The notes under the pieces were generated by a model that did not search any database, was not told the origin of the DNA, and worked only from the letters and a program-made list of their open reading frames with translations. The position numbers and the translations under genes were made by a program. Shown here piece by piece: positions 39,518 through 52,111 of a stretch of DNA of 64,000 bases. Numbering within the stretch: the stretch's first letter is position 1; every line of letters starts with the position of its first letter. The DNA is from Podarcis tiliguerta (Eukaryota). The DNA is taken from NCBI GenBank assembly GCA_965153285.1, contig OZ229119.1, one strand, 5' to 3'.

Positions 39518-39630
39518 CTTTGGTGTCCGTTTCCGAGAGATGCTCTGCCCCAATTTGCTGAAGAAGGAGATTGGAGATTTAGCGGTAGCAATTAATGCAG
39601 CTTTTTCTTCTGCATTCAGTTCCAGGTTAT
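39518..39630 (-). CDS. MICAL3: MICAL3 coding exon 13 (NLELNAEEKAALIATAKSPISFFSKLGQSISRKRTPK), 113 nt
   Basis: tcacag|AT acceptor; AAG|gtagcc donor. Confidence 0.94.
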
Positions 39631-40209
39631 CTGTGAGATAAAACAAACATAGCAAAATCTGAGACTAAACACCCTTAAGAGTTCCATTTCTTCTCATGTA
39701 TGAGCATTAGTATTCTATATCCTCCTTTTTCTCTCTGCCCTCTCACTTTCCCTACACTTTATTGATTTGGGTGTTTTGCGGCTTATTCTATTCAATCTCT
39801 TTTCCATTCTAGAAAAGGAATGACCATGTAAGATATTTTTGCTTAAAGTTGTTCAGAACTCTTTTTAGGAGAGGCATACAACCCTTCCCTGTCTGCTTTC
39901 TCTGTTCCATCAGAAATATTCCCAGTAGGAGGGGAAAGTAGGTGTCTTCGTCTCCACTTACCTGTGAAGCTGGAGTTTCAGGAAGCAGCAAACACCCCAA
40001 ATGCCTTCCTAGGCATTACAATTTTTAAATATTTGTGTCATTTGTAATACAATTAAAAATGCACAATGGATCAATAAATTAATAACTGTGTGTAGCTGTA
40101 GATTGCCCACCACCAATGAGTCAATGGCCCCTGAAAGAAAGAAAAAATCCCCAGCTTGGCATACAGTGTTGAAGAACTATTTCTAGCAGATATATCCTAG
40201 TTTTCTTAC

Positions 40210-40406
40210 CACCAGAAGGAAGGGAGTCCTTGAACATTTCGTAGAACTGGGTGAGATACATGACCATGGACAGCTTGTCTGGTTCACCAACAGATGCCAT
40301 ATCTTTGCCAGTCATGATGGGAGAGATCCCAAACTCTTTCTCAGCAACGTCGAATGCCAGCTGGTTATTCTTCTCTACATTGTGTTCATCTAGAGAGTCA
40401 AAGTCT
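40210..40406 (-). CDS. MICAL3: MICAL3 coding exon 12, CH domain part 2 ([18 protein letters not shown]...[24 protein letters not shown]), 197 nt
   Basis: ctctag|A acceptor; GGT G|gtaaga donor. Confidence 0.97.
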
Positions 40407-40810
40407 CTAGAGGGAAGAAAATGTGTTGCCTAAAGGTTAATTTCTCTATACCCACTAATCATTAGGAAACTACAAAATCCTCCCACTAGCAGCCACCAGA
40501 TCTTATCTCATTATCCCCTCTCATTTCTATGGAGGACAAGGTTATCGACAGCTACTGGCCATGAGGGCTATGCTTTGCCTCCATGGCTGGAAGCAGTTTC
40601 CTTCTGAATACTACAGGAGGGGAGTGATCTGGTGCTTGTTTCCTGCTTGCAGGCTTCCCCCGTGCATCTGGTTGGCCATTATGACAAGAGAATGCTGACT
40701 AGATGGGTCATTGGCCTCATCCAGCAATTCTTACTCCTCTCCCGACCCCCACACCATTCGGACCATCTAGCGTTAGGATGCCCTCTTCAACTCAACATTC
40801 AGTTTCTTAC

Positions 40811-40958
40811 ATGAGGTCAGGGCGATATCGGTGGATAATGGCACACAGCGCTAGGCCGCTCTTCCAAGACATTGTAAGATCTGTTACGTTTACACCGGCA
40901 TATCCATCCGTCTGCCTCTGACACCAGCCCAGGAGTTTGCTAGAGCGAGCCACAGACT
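40811..40958 (-). CDS. MICAL3: MICAL3 coding exon 11, calponin-homology domain part 1 ([16 protein letters not shown]...RYRPDL), 148 nt
   Basis: tttag|AG acceptor; AT|gtaaga donor; CH-domain signature [13 protein letters not shown]. Confidence 0.97.
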
Positions 40959-41357
40959 CTAAATACAAACACACAGATATGCAACTGTTGTTCCAGGTGC
41001 TCAGCACTGTTGTCCAGAATAAATAGATAAAAAGCGTACTGATGAAGTAAAAAGGAATATATCCTTCTGCCACACACACACACAACTTCAAATAACATTT
41101 TCCATTATCATGCCTGTACACAAAAGTTGAATAATACAGCTTGTTTTTATCAAAGACTGCGAGTTGTCAAAGGGACTTTGAAGTCACTAAGGAACACTGA
41201 ACGTGGCTTTTAAGAAAATATCCAGGCAATACTCTTCTAAATGTATCATCTGAGAACCTGACTTCTGATTGCTACTGACATAGACTGTGGTTTTGAAACT
41301 CACGAGAAGGGAGAGAAGAAAGTGCCACAAAAGGAATGGGGAAGAATAGGAGCTTAC

Positions 41358-41451
41358 CATTCCGCGACAACTTTGGTGTCCTGGAGTTCACCAAATTCTC
41401 TATTTCCAGGTGAATGTCTTTCAAGTCTCCTGTATCATACAAATGACGTAC
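41358..41451 (-). CDS. MICAL3: MICAL3 coding exon 10 (VRHLYDTGDLKDIHLEIENLVNSRTPKLSRN), 94 nt
   Basis: gtacag|GTA acceptor; AAT G|gtaagc donor. Confidence 0.94.
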
Positions 41452-42303
41452 CTGTACCAGTTCAAAAAGATTTGATTATTATACCAAGCTGCAAAGAAGA
41501 ATGCAAAAAAGTTAAGCATTCGTTGAATGACACAGGTGCGAGTGAACTATGTAAGTATCTGCAGAATAGTCACTCTCATGACAGCAAGGATGAGTACTCT
41601 GTGGCTTTCCAAATGATGGATTCCAACTTCAGCCCCAGCCAGAAAATCAATAGACAAGACTGGTGAGTGATGCAGACTAAAAACTTCTGAAGGGCCACAG
41701 CTTCACCACCCTAATTTTAAAACATACCCAACAAAATGCAGAAATCAACACCCTTTAAGAGAGACACAGAGAGTGAGAGAACAAGAACGAAAGAAATCAA
41801 CATCCTTGATGGGATTCAAAGGCTGTATGACTTCTATTTCATGGCAAGCTTCTGTCTTGTAGCCATTACTTTCATGTTGTATATTGATTTTGTTTTATAC
41901 TGGCTTTGTATTTTGTTCTTCTCCGCAATCCAAAAAAGCAATAAATAAATATAAATATGTAAAATAAATGAATACTAAGTTACAAAGTTAGGGTAACTTT
42001 GGACAATGGATTTCTGCCTGCTCCACTCGTCCTGTCTGTTGATTAATGATAGACAGATAGATAGATAAAATCTACCGTACTTTTCGCTCTATAGGATGCA
42101 CCCGACCTAGTTTTTAGAGGAGGAAAACAAGAAAGCAACACAAAGCTTTGCGTGGCTATCTCTGCTCTTCCCAACAATTTCTCTTACATCTGACTCAAGG
42201 TACAGTACACAGACAAGAAGAGATAAAGACAGCCACATCAAGGAGACACGGGACTCAAAGTGCATTTGAGAACATTGGAAGAGCCCAGGATTAAAGCAAT
42301 TAC

Positions 42304-42430
42304 CTGGGCTGGTCGCAGGAAGTTGACATTGATGTTTGGATACCGTGTGACAGGGTCAATGCAGTACTGGCTAAAGTTTTTGCTCACATTCTCAGGGGTG
42401 GTTTGAGGCAATAATCTATAGATGCTCTCC
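42304..42430 (-). CDS. MICAL3: MICAL3 coding exon 9 ([19 protein letters not shown]...FLRPAQ), 127 nt, end of MO domain
   Basis: cctag|G acceptor; CAG|gtaatt donor. Confidence 0.96.
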
Positions 42431-42916
42431 CTAGGAGAAAGAAGACAATGGCATTAGTACTGGTGACGTAAAAGTGCCTTCAATGACATAAAGCGTTGCC
42501 CAGTCAATGCCTTTTCCAGCAGCCATCACTGATCAAAATTATTTCACCCCACTTAGCAATTGTTTGTGTTTGCCATCTATGGCAAATGGTTATCATTTGT
42601 TGCTGCTTAGGACAATACTTAACTGTCCCATGCGCATGTGTAAAGCTAAAAGTGTGGCACTCTGTTCATTTTAACTGATTTGTAAATGCAATGTCCTTTC
42701 TGTAAATATTTCAAGGCACTCTGTCATTTAACTGATTATATTTAGGTTTCAAGCAATCCCTTATGACACGGTTGGCCTGAGCCCAGAAACTCAAGACTCA
42801 CTTTTTCCATTCAATTAAAAAAACCAGAAATCTTTACCTTGTTTTAAGTAGGATAGTACAAAAGCAGCCGGCGTTTCTGATTCACCTAAGCTGTGTTTGC
42901 CTGGCCACAAGTATGT

Positions 42917-43320
42917 GGTCAAAGGCCTGGAAACGATGCCTTATGAGGAACGGCTAAGGGAGCTGGGCATGTTTAGCCTGGAGAAGAGGAGGTTAAGGGA
43001 TGATATGATAGCCATGTTCAATATATAAAAGGGAGGAGGGAGAAAGGTTGTTTTCTGCTGCTCCAGAGAAGCGGACACGGAGCAATGGATCCAAACTACA
43101 AGAAAGAAGATTCCACCTAAACATTAGGAAGAACTTCCTGACAGTAAGAGCTGTTTGACAGTGGAATTTGCTGCCAAGGAGTGTGGTGGAGTCTCCTTCT
43201 TTGGAGGTCTTTAAGCAGAGGCTTGACAACCATATGTCAGGAGTGCTCTGATGGTGTTTCCTGCTTGGCAGGGGGTTGGACTCGATGGCCCTTGTGGTCT
43301 CTTCCAACTTTATGATTCTA
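42917..43320 (+). mobile_element. CR1 LINE 3' end
   Basis: [26 protein letters not shown] motif; CR1 3' UTR ending ccaactttatgattcta; tatgtgg on both flanks. Confidence 0.9.
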
Positions 43321-44735
43321 TGTGGAAAGCCTTCAACAGATGCACCTATTTGCTGGAGCCTTGCCATGCAGTAACAAACAAAACAAAGCAGAACCCAACT
43401 ACCTGATGAACTTCACCCTGCCATGCAGTATTTGGGGCCTGTGTAATGCCTGAGCATTTTTGGAATGCTAGGAGGAGCCGACTGATGAGTAATGGCAGCA
43501 TTCAAAGGCAGTTGGAAAAAATCAGTTAGGAGAGTGAGTTGAGAGAATTAAGAGTGAGGGTGAGCAGTGAGGGGGGACAGCTTATGAGAAGGTTAGACAG
43601 AGAATAAAGGAATTAGCGATTAGCACGATAACATCTGTTTAATTTGTTACAATTTCTCTTGTCTCTCTCGTGTGTGTATGAAGTAAACTTCTACCACAAC
43701 CTTTGCCTGTGCCAGGGCATGACACAAGAGGTTAACAATGCTGTTATGCAACGGGATAAGGAATGAAATGTGACTCAGAAAAGAACAATTTTGAACTCAG
43801 AAGAACAATTTTCATCTTAATTACATTGCTGCTTGGCTTCAAAGCCTTTTAAGGTAGGTAGGCCCAGAAGTGCTCATTTGTCAACCGTTCTGTCCTTAGA
43901 ATACTGGGAGAAGCTGGCAGAAGATGAGTCTGGACCTCAATCTTATATTTACTAATTACACTTGAATTAGTGTTCTCCTTCCTGGTTCTTCCCACTATCC
44001 CCACGTGAAAGGTTGCATCTCATTAAGGACATTCTCCCTGCAAATTGCTTGGATAATTTTTTACAATGTCCCTGTTCATGGCTCCTCATGTGTTATTCAC
44101 TCAGGAAATGAGGACTAGTGATTAGAGCACCAATATCAGACGTGGGATGAAATCCCTATATTCTCCAAGGCTGCAATTCTAAGCACACTTAACCCCAGAG
44201 CAAGTGTCACAGTACTCATTAGGGCTTATTTCTGAGCAGACACGCACAGGACTGCAGTGAGAGTCCAACCGGACAGGTGTCTCTCTCTCTCTCCATCTAA
44301 TCTCTTTTGTAAAACCATTGCAAGTGTACATAAAGTAATCCCACTTAAAAAACCCTGTGTTGCTTGCAGGAAGACAACGGTATGAAAACTGCTCCACATG
44401 ACCATTAAATCTGATTCTGCACACAAAGAGAAACTTCCTAATGTGTCTGGGTGGAATTACACAAATTCAGCAGATAAACACACAAAGAAAAGCACAGCAA
44501 AAAAGAGTGGGGAAACTGAAATGCAATCGGACAAGAATTAAGGTTGGTTCATGCCTGCATAAAAATCACATGGTTTCTGCAGGTATATTAAGGAGCCACA
44601 GACACTTCCATATTATGGCCCAGTTTGCACATCACATTAAACCCTAGTTTAAAACGAACAGTGGTTTAATGTGAACAAGCAGCATGCTAGTTCGCAATAC
44701 TCAAAGTTTCCTAAATGCTTCCCCTCTACTAACTC

Positions 44736-44756
44736 CTGCTGCTGCTGCTGCTGCTG
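44736..44756. repeat. (CTG)n tract, about 7 units
   Basis: Direct reading. Confidence 0.9.
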
Positions 44757-45067
44757 CACAGGTGAAACAAACCAGAGTCCAGCTTGCCATGTTATCCGAA
44801 TGAGAGCTCAGAGGTTGCTTGTTGCAAACAAGCCATGAGTCGTAAACCAACAACTAAACTTGACTACTGCTCGTGGCCTGTTTTGGGGAAAACAAGCCCG
44901 TGTTTGGGATACACAACAAGCCACACTCTGGCTTATTTCATTTGCAGTACAGTAGCTGCAGGGAATTACAGTTTAAGGTGACATGTGAACCAGGCCACTC
45001 TCTCATCTGGAGAGAATTCACGTTTGTTCTGTACCCCCCACCACAAAACACACAGAAATTTCTTTAC

Positions 45068-45183
45068 CTCTCTGCCAGAACCTCCAAAGGACTTGTTCCC
45101 AGAGACCAGCTTCGTACCATCCAGGCAGAATCCATGGCGGCAAGGAAGCCCCTGGCAATTCCAGTTCCCATCGGCCAGAATGG
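45068..45183 (-). CDS. MICAL3: MICAL3 coding exon 8 ([38 protein letters not shown]), 116 nt
   Basis: ttctag|CCA acceptor; AG|gtaaag donor. Confidence 0.96.
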
Positions 45184-45924
45184 CTAGAAGCAACCACCAA
45201 GAAGCAAGGGGGGAGGAAGAAGAAGAGAATAAGTTCCCTAAGAAAACTGGAGAAGCTGACATACTGAAATGCTGCCTTAAGACCCGGACTCCCTCCAAGC
45301 CTCTGTAGGAGCAATATCTAATAATTCCAATGCACCCCTATCCCCTGAGCTGCCACAGTAGCTTTCCAAAGCCAGATATGCCATTTAAGTCAATTACAGA
45401 CTGCTAATTGTTGTTTGCTACCCAATTACAGGCTCTATTCAAGTCATGCTTCTTTTCAAGTCACAGCAGAGCAATTGCAGGGGGAGCACTTCCAGCAGTT
45501 TCTCATCTGGTCTCTTTCACATGTTGCGTTTTTCAAGTCACAAGGACACTCCTGCAGTCACACCCATGTCTGGATGTGCATATATATGTAAGACCCACAA
45601 CAACACTCCACTACTTCCATGTGAAGCCAGAGGCACGAGAGCAGCAGCAGAAGCAACACTAGCATGCATCAAAACGTTCAGAACTGTGAGAAGGCTCGCC
45701 TCCTTTTATCATGCAAGTTATTTTTAAAATTTATTCAGTATATGTTTGTTTAATTGATGTGGATTCTGGAGAAAAAGCAGTGTGTTGATAGAGAGCAATT
45801 AATAGTCCACCTCTATTCAAATGAACTAGATAGTGATGGAAGTTGCCTTTTGATAGTCCTCCACACATTTACAGAAAAGAAGTAATTATTCTTTATGCAC
45901 AGTCCCCTGCCCCACAAGATCACT

Positions 45925-46041
45925 GGGTGGTATTCAACACTAGTCCTACACAGTAGACCCACCAAAGTTAATGGACATGTCTAAGTTAGCATCATTAATT
46001 TCAATGGGTCTGCTCTGAGTTGGATGTAGTTGACTACCACC
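45925..46041. mobile_element. Hairpin/MITE-like squamate repeat; copies at about 16962-17066 and 60048-60160
   Basis: gggtggtattcaac...gttgactaccaccc inverted ends; shared core cattaatttca.tgggtct. Confidence 0.6.
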
Positions 46042-46523
46042 CACTGGATTTTCTCCAGTGGTGTCACACAGCTGATGGTGCTGCCTCCCTCCCTCTGTCA
46101 GTGGAAAGGAGGCGAGCAACTTTCTGTGATTTCCCCTCCTGCCTACAGCCTCTGCATCCCAAAGTTGCTTTGGAGGGTTCCCAAACTCTCTGAAGCAGAT
46201 ACAGAGCATCAGCTAAGCAACACTGTTTGAAATAACCCATTGTTTTCAAATTCTGTTTTTCTCCACCCATTCATTTTCCCCTCCAGATTATTTTTTCTGC
46301 TCTGTTCAGTGGTAATCCCCTCAACAAACACGGAAACAACTACATATTTGATTGTGAGGTCTTGAGAGCAAGGACTTCTCTTTCTGTTGCAAAGTGCTGT
46401 GCGCATCAGTGATATGACATTAATAATACAAAACGTTGTTGACCGCCCTGAGCATCTGTGATGGGAAAGGACATAAAAACAAAGCCGTTTGAAACAAGAA
46501 GCAACCCATGTAAAAGAACAAAC

Positions 46524-46781
46524 CTCTAACAGACTGTCCCCAACCAATGCCACTAGCAACTGGTGGCCATTTACTTCTCGAACCATGGCTGCATTCTCTG
46601 AGGCATACATGCATGTGAAGTCAAACATGGCCACATCGGGCTGCCCATAGTGGTTGATAGCGAAGTCCAGCGATGGCAGTTGCTGATTGGTTGAGAAGTC
46701 AGCTGCTTCCCTGGCGTAATTGAGCAAAGCTTCCTGATCCACATTCTCCCGCGAAAGAAGGAGCTCTGTATCTGCATAGTC
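46524..46781 (-). CDS. MICAL3: MICAL3 coding exon 7 ([13 protein letters not shown]...[11 protein letters not shown]), 258 nt, GD motif
   Basis: ttgcag|GAC acceptor; GAG|gtttgt donor; within ORF 46209..46793. Confidence 0.97.
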
Positions 46782-48014
46782 CTGCAAGACCACAAAAGAG
46801 AGAGAAAGGATCAGGGATTGTGCAGTGCTCTGAGGGCATATAAGGCAACCCTAGCACTGAAACCAACCAGGCCTGGCATCGCCAGCTAGTTGCCTAGACA
46901 GCAAGCCCCCTAGGAACCACTTCTGAGTTGTTCTAACTTCCTCAGCAGGAGAGCCAAGCATAACAATCAGACTTTGTTCAAGAATTGTGCAGGTGGACAA
47001 GTTTGGAGCGCAGTGTGCCAATATTCAAGGTGAACTTTGGTACATCAGTGAAATGGATGAACTTTTCCACTGCAGATGTCCTGGGCCTCTGCCATCAGCC
47101 AGGAGGATAAAGATCACAGGGAAGATGCTCCCCTGGCCTCCTAGGAAGAACATCGTGACAAGATGGAGATCAACCTGGCCACTTCTGTTGACCAAGGAGC
47201 AGAAGGGAACTTGCTCTACCCGTCCCTGCCAAAAATAACACTTGTAAGAGCTTCATAACTCAACAAGTAATAGTGCCCAAGTTCGTATTCCCCTCCTTCC
47301 CCCACAATATTGTGTTATGTGCTTTAGACTGTAAGCCCGAGAACTGGGACCATCTTATTGTAAGCCACTCAGGGAAACTGTCAGCTGAAAGTCAGGATAA
47401 AAAAATACTTTAAATAAAATAACGGGAAGGAAAACTTATTTTCAGCTCCATAGCATCTTATTCACACAACAATATGTACTAAGACAACTGCTCAATCTAT
47501 ACTCTGGTGGTTAAAAAACAACCCTTTGCTGCCACACTTTATATCAAATAGCGTAGATGTATTTTACGTGGATAGATGTTTATGCACAAAACAGCAGCTC
47601 CCAGCAGCTCATTTACTGAGTCAGTTCAGTTACACAGTGGTAAAAGAAATATGTCAGAACACAAGAGCAAACTCTGCCACAACTGATAATTAAAGATACC
47701 AATCATGCTTGTCTTTCAAAATTACTCAAGGTCATATTTATATAAGGTGAAATTAGCTCTTGAATTTTGGTGACTGCTTCTGGGGGCACTTGGACCACTG
47801 CATTGTTTGTCAGTTTCCCATTTAATAATCTAATGGTCTCTTTGCTTTAAATCGACGCTATCAATAATCTGAGTCAAACCCTGTCCTAGAAAATTGATGT
47901 GACAGCCAACAGCAAGTCAGCAGAATAGTTAGCAAACTTTAAAGTGCTTGAATGATGGTGCTGCACTCCACACAGTGTACAAAGGTTTCAAAGAGACTTA
48001 ACAAGCACACTCAC

Positions 48015-48115
48015 ATGCAATATCACTCCTTTTTCCAGTAAGCTCTGCTTTTTGGCAGTCATAACAAAGTAGTGGGTGTCGTCTTTGTAGTAGACAATGT
48101 TCTCCAGATCAATGC
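48015..48115 (-). CDS. MICAL3: MICAL3 coding exon 6 ([33 protein letters not shown]), 101 nt
   Basis: cttag|GC acceptor; CAT|gtgagt donor. Confidence 0.96.
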
Positions 48116-48850
48116 CTAAGTTGGAAGAAAAACAGACACAGAATCAAGCAGTGGAGGGGTAAATACAAGAGCATGTGGCAGAATGCAGAATGTATTGCAA
48201 GGGGCCCTCCCAGTGATCTCACCTTACATGTCCTTGTAAGATGGTCTAAGGAAGACACCTATAGGGAAAAACCAGTCCCAGACTACAAGGTGCTCCCCAT
48301 GCTACAACAAGGTGTCCAATAAGAAAAAGAAAAAGGCTTCTTCCTGGAGCTGGTGCCAAAATTGGGGTATAATTGGGGTATAAGAACAGCACAATGCCTG
48401 GAAAAGGGAAGGGGAGTGATGCCATTACACAGATCTAGTTGATATGGAAACTCTAAAGGCCCAAGACGCAAACTTCTGCCAAGCAGACTGCAAGGCATAT
48501 AATGCTTTTTGATCCAAACAGACAGGGCATTTTTTCTAGAAAAATAGGTGCCAGTACTGACCATGAAGTTGTTACAGTAAGTGCCACACTTATTAACAAC
48601 AACAACAGTGGTGCCAGTGCTGCGTACGCTTGAGTACCCCCTAAACCCCTACTGCAAACAGATGTAGCCCATAACTTGCAAGTTGTTAAGTGAAGAAGTA
48701 GTCCTGGATGAATGGCCTTTCCGAAAGCCTCAGCCACACGGAACCAAACAGTGAAAACCGTCCCACAAGACAACACGAAGCAGAGACCCACTTGAAATGT
48801 ACATACAGTGCTGTGGGGGTGGCCGCAGTTGCCACAGCTGTTTCCATACT

Positions 48851-49230
48851 AAAAAATTAAAAAATAGTCCAGTTGCACCTTAGAGACCAACTAAGTTTGT
48901 TCTGGGTATAAGCTTTCGTGTGCATGCACACTTCTTCAGATACACTGAAACAGAAGTCACCAGACCCTTATATATAGTGGGAGGGTGGGGTGGGGGTTTT
49001 CTCAGAAGGGTAGTAGGAGATGGGTGATTGGCTCAATGGGTATGGTAAACCTGTTGAAGACTGTTAACAACTGCAATTAGTCCTACAGGAAAAAGCACGG
49101 GACAGTAAGCAGATGACCAAAAATAGCTTTAGCATGTGTGATGAGACAAGAATCCACTATCTCTATTCAGACCAGGTCTTTCCATAGTTTTCAGTTTAGT
49201 AATAAGTTGTAATAATTTGTAATTAAGCAA
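48851..49230 (-). mobile_element. Penelope-like retroelement 3' fragment
   Basis: Encodes a C-terminal remnant TKLKTMERPGLNRDSGFLSHHTC*; contains the hammerhead motif; flanked by 11-bp direct repeat GTTTCCATACT (48840-48850, 49231-49241). Confidence 0.8.
48906..48943 (-). ncRNA. Minimal type-I hammerhead ribozyme motif within a Penelope-like element
   Basis: Minus strand GUAU-CUGAAGA-A-GUGUG(CAUG)CACAC-GAAA-GC-UU-AUAC: conserved core, stem I GUAU/AUAC, stem II, palindromic AGCU in place of stem III. Confidence 0.75.
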
Positions 49231-49434
49231 GTTTCCATACTGGGAGAGAACAACTCAAGTGTTCCATCAAGTGGGTAGCTGCGATGCTACACTTAGGAAA
49301 CATGCAGGTAACATAGCTCCCAAGTGGCTGCACATCACCGCTGTAGTTACTTAACCATTATGGCCCCACATAGAGTGTATCAAAATCGAAACAAGATTGT
49401 CATGAGAATCAAGCATAATGAAAGCATACCATAG

Positions 49435-49932
49435 GATGTATACATCACGTTAATACCCAAACCAGATTCAGATAAACTCAATATTAAGAATTACAGACTG
49501 ATATCATTATTAAATAATGATTATATTTTTTTTGCAGGAGAAATGGCAAATCGGTTCAAAAAGTGCTTAGTCAATTTTATTCATAACGATCAAGCCGGAT
49601 TTCTACCCAATAGGCAATTAAAAGATAATATAAGGCACATAATAAATATTATCGAATATCTAGAATGTAAAAATGAAATTCCCGCGTTATTAATGTTTAC
49701 TGATGCCGAAAAGGCTTTCGATAATGTATCCTGGCAATTTTTAATAAAATGTATGGAAACAGCGGGGATAGAGGGCACATTCCTGGAAGGAATAAAAGCA
49801 ATCTATTCACATCAAAGAGCCAAATTGATTATTAACAACAACTTAACTGACTCTTTTGAAATCTCGAAGGGTATGAGACAGGGGTGCCCTCTGTCACCTC
49901 TTTTGTTTATAATGGTGTTAGAAATAATTCTC
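49435..49932 (+). mobile_element. L1-clade LINE ORF2 reverse-transcriptase internal fragment
   Basis: Open frame YITLIPKP..NYRLISLLNNDY..DQAGFLPNR..DAEKAFDNV..RQGCPLSPLLF; homology stops near 49932. Confidence 0.9.
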
Positions 49933-49955
49933 GTGTTTGGACTACTTCTACAAAC

Positions 49956-50111
49956 CTGTAGCTTCTCGTAGATCCTGGAAGAATTTCTGGTTGAATATAA
50001 AGGCCACACCACTTATCTCTTCAACTTTGGCTTCCGCTGTTGTATTGCGGTTGATGAAGTTTGCCGTAATGGCAATTGCCAGCTTGCCACGGAATTCCTT
50101 TCGTCGAAACC
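49956..50111 (-). CDS. MICAL3: MICAL3 coding exon 5 ([22 protein letters not shown]...QDLREAT), 156 nt
   Basis: ttatag|GG acceptor; ACA G|gtttgt donor. Confidence 0.96.
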
Positions 50112-51632
50112 CTATAAGGGACAACAAAAAAAGGCATGCGGTTCAAAGGTCTCACTGCGACAACAAAAGTGCCAATTAAATAGGCTCAGGGGTGTCTTGA
50201 TAATGGAAGTGTTGTCAATGGAAGCAGCGGCCACATGGGAGTAGTAGAAAAAACTGGATTAAAACAAGAGACCTGGACTTTACTCAGCTGCCCAAAGACT
50301 GAGTTGTTTCATTCACCAGAGTCAGCACCTACAATAGTATATCTAACGTATTTCTTATAATTAGGGGCAGATACATTCATTTCACTAAGTGTGCAATAAA
50401 ACTTTTATATGGGCCTTTCACAGTCCATTCTGGGTATAGAACCATAAAAATGTAGAGTTGGAAGGGAGGCCTGCGGGCCATCAGCCCCCTTCAATGCAGG
50501 AATCTCAACTAAAGCACCTACTAACTATGTAATGCATGTCCTCAAAGTTGCTTCCTATGTTACTTTCCCCCACTATAGTTGCAGACAATGTACCAAGTAG
50601 TAACTTAGTACAGTGGGAATACCGTGAACAAGCAAGGGGATCATCAGCCCACATGAGGAGGAGGACGTTTTCACCCTCCATTTTCCCTCTATCTCTGACT
50701 GGGTGCAAATAAAACTCTCTTCTTGTGGCTTAATACAATGTATGATACACCTTGTTGCATGACCAGTGTGATTAAGCGGTAACTTGATCAAAGTAGCCAA
50801 ACTGTGCTTCTGCTGCAACAGGCGAAAATCACAGAGGCACCTTACAGATTAACAAATTTACGGTGGCAGGAGCATTGGTTGGCAGGAGTTTCCTTAGGTC
50901 AAATCCCCCCCCCCCAAAAAAAAATATTGTCAAGGGGAGTGAAAGTGTCTTTTTCAGCAGTTTGACTGGTTAGCAGCTGCTGAGTATGAAAATGCTTCAC
51001 CAGAGCATAAACAAGGCAAGCCGGATGATCCAGGTCTAGCAACTCAGCACACATGAACACACAACACTTCCTTATACTGAATCAAACCAGTAGTCCATGT
51101 AGCCAGTGCCATCTACTCAGACTGAAAACAGCTCTCAAGAGATGTCAAGAGGAGATATGTCAAGAGGAGAGAGATGCTACCTAAACACAATCTGGCATCT
51201 TCTGCATAGGGCCGGCCCTCTCATTAGGTAGGATGAGGCAGCCACCTAAGGCAGATGATTGTGGGGTGACATGAAAGGGCAGCAAATTGTTCGTCACTTA
51301 ATGTGTCATTATTGTAGTATATTTAGCAGTGCTTGTGGGATTTCCTGCCTCAGGTGGCCAAGCAACTTGACTACTCTTGGGTATTATGCACCTTGTCATA
51401 GCGAGGGCCAGCATTAGCTGCTCTGCCTCAGGCAGCAAAAAGTTTTGGACCAGCTCTGCTTCTACATAAAAAGTGTACATTCCATCACTCAACCATGGTC
51501 CCCACATCCAACATAATTTATTTCAATAATGTGTCCTCCTGGAAGACTTGCAAGAAAGTGGTTGGGGGTGCATAGCTGAGCAGAAACTAGAGGTGCTGAC
51601 TCCACACTGCTATAAACACCAGTAGCAGCTAC

Positions 51633-51734
51633 CTTCCAATGTGTTCCTCCTTCCATCTCCTCCAATGATGACATCAAACTCGTACTCTGACACAGGATGC
51701 GTTTTCGGGTGAACTTGTGCACGCCAACCTATTC
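51633..51734 (-). CDS. MICAL3: MICAL3 coding exon 4 ([33 protein letters not shown]), 102 nt, DG motif
   Basis: tcatag|GA acceptor; GAA G|gtagct donor. Confidence 0.95.
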
Positions 51735-51994
51735 CTATGAATAAATTCTGCATGTTAGTAACATTTTAGCACAACGATACCAGATAACATTTCACTGAGC
51801 CTAGCAAAACTGGTGTGGAAAGTTTATTGCACCTTAACTTGCCTCCCTCGGGGGTTTCCCCATTACATGCATTACTGAAGCAGCCCGTGACACTATGACA
51901 ATGCAAGAACCAACTCTCAGGCGCCACCAGCAGAACAATACACGCCTTCATCTTTACTCTTCCAGATACTGCTGCTCATCCCAACTCTACTTAC

Positions 51995-52111
51995 TCTCAT
52001 TCTCCTGGTCCTCAGGAGGGTACAGCAGCCCCTGGAATTCCACATTGACATGGATCTCAACACCCAGGATTAAGGAGACTTTCAAGAGTATCAGCTGGAG
52101 CTGACGAATAC
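51995..52111 (-). CDS. MICAL3: MICAL3 coding exon 3 ([16 protein letters not shown]...EDQENE), 117 nt
   Basis: ttgcag|GTATT acceptor; GAG A|gtaagt donor; phase 1-1; translated by hand. Confidence 0.95.
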
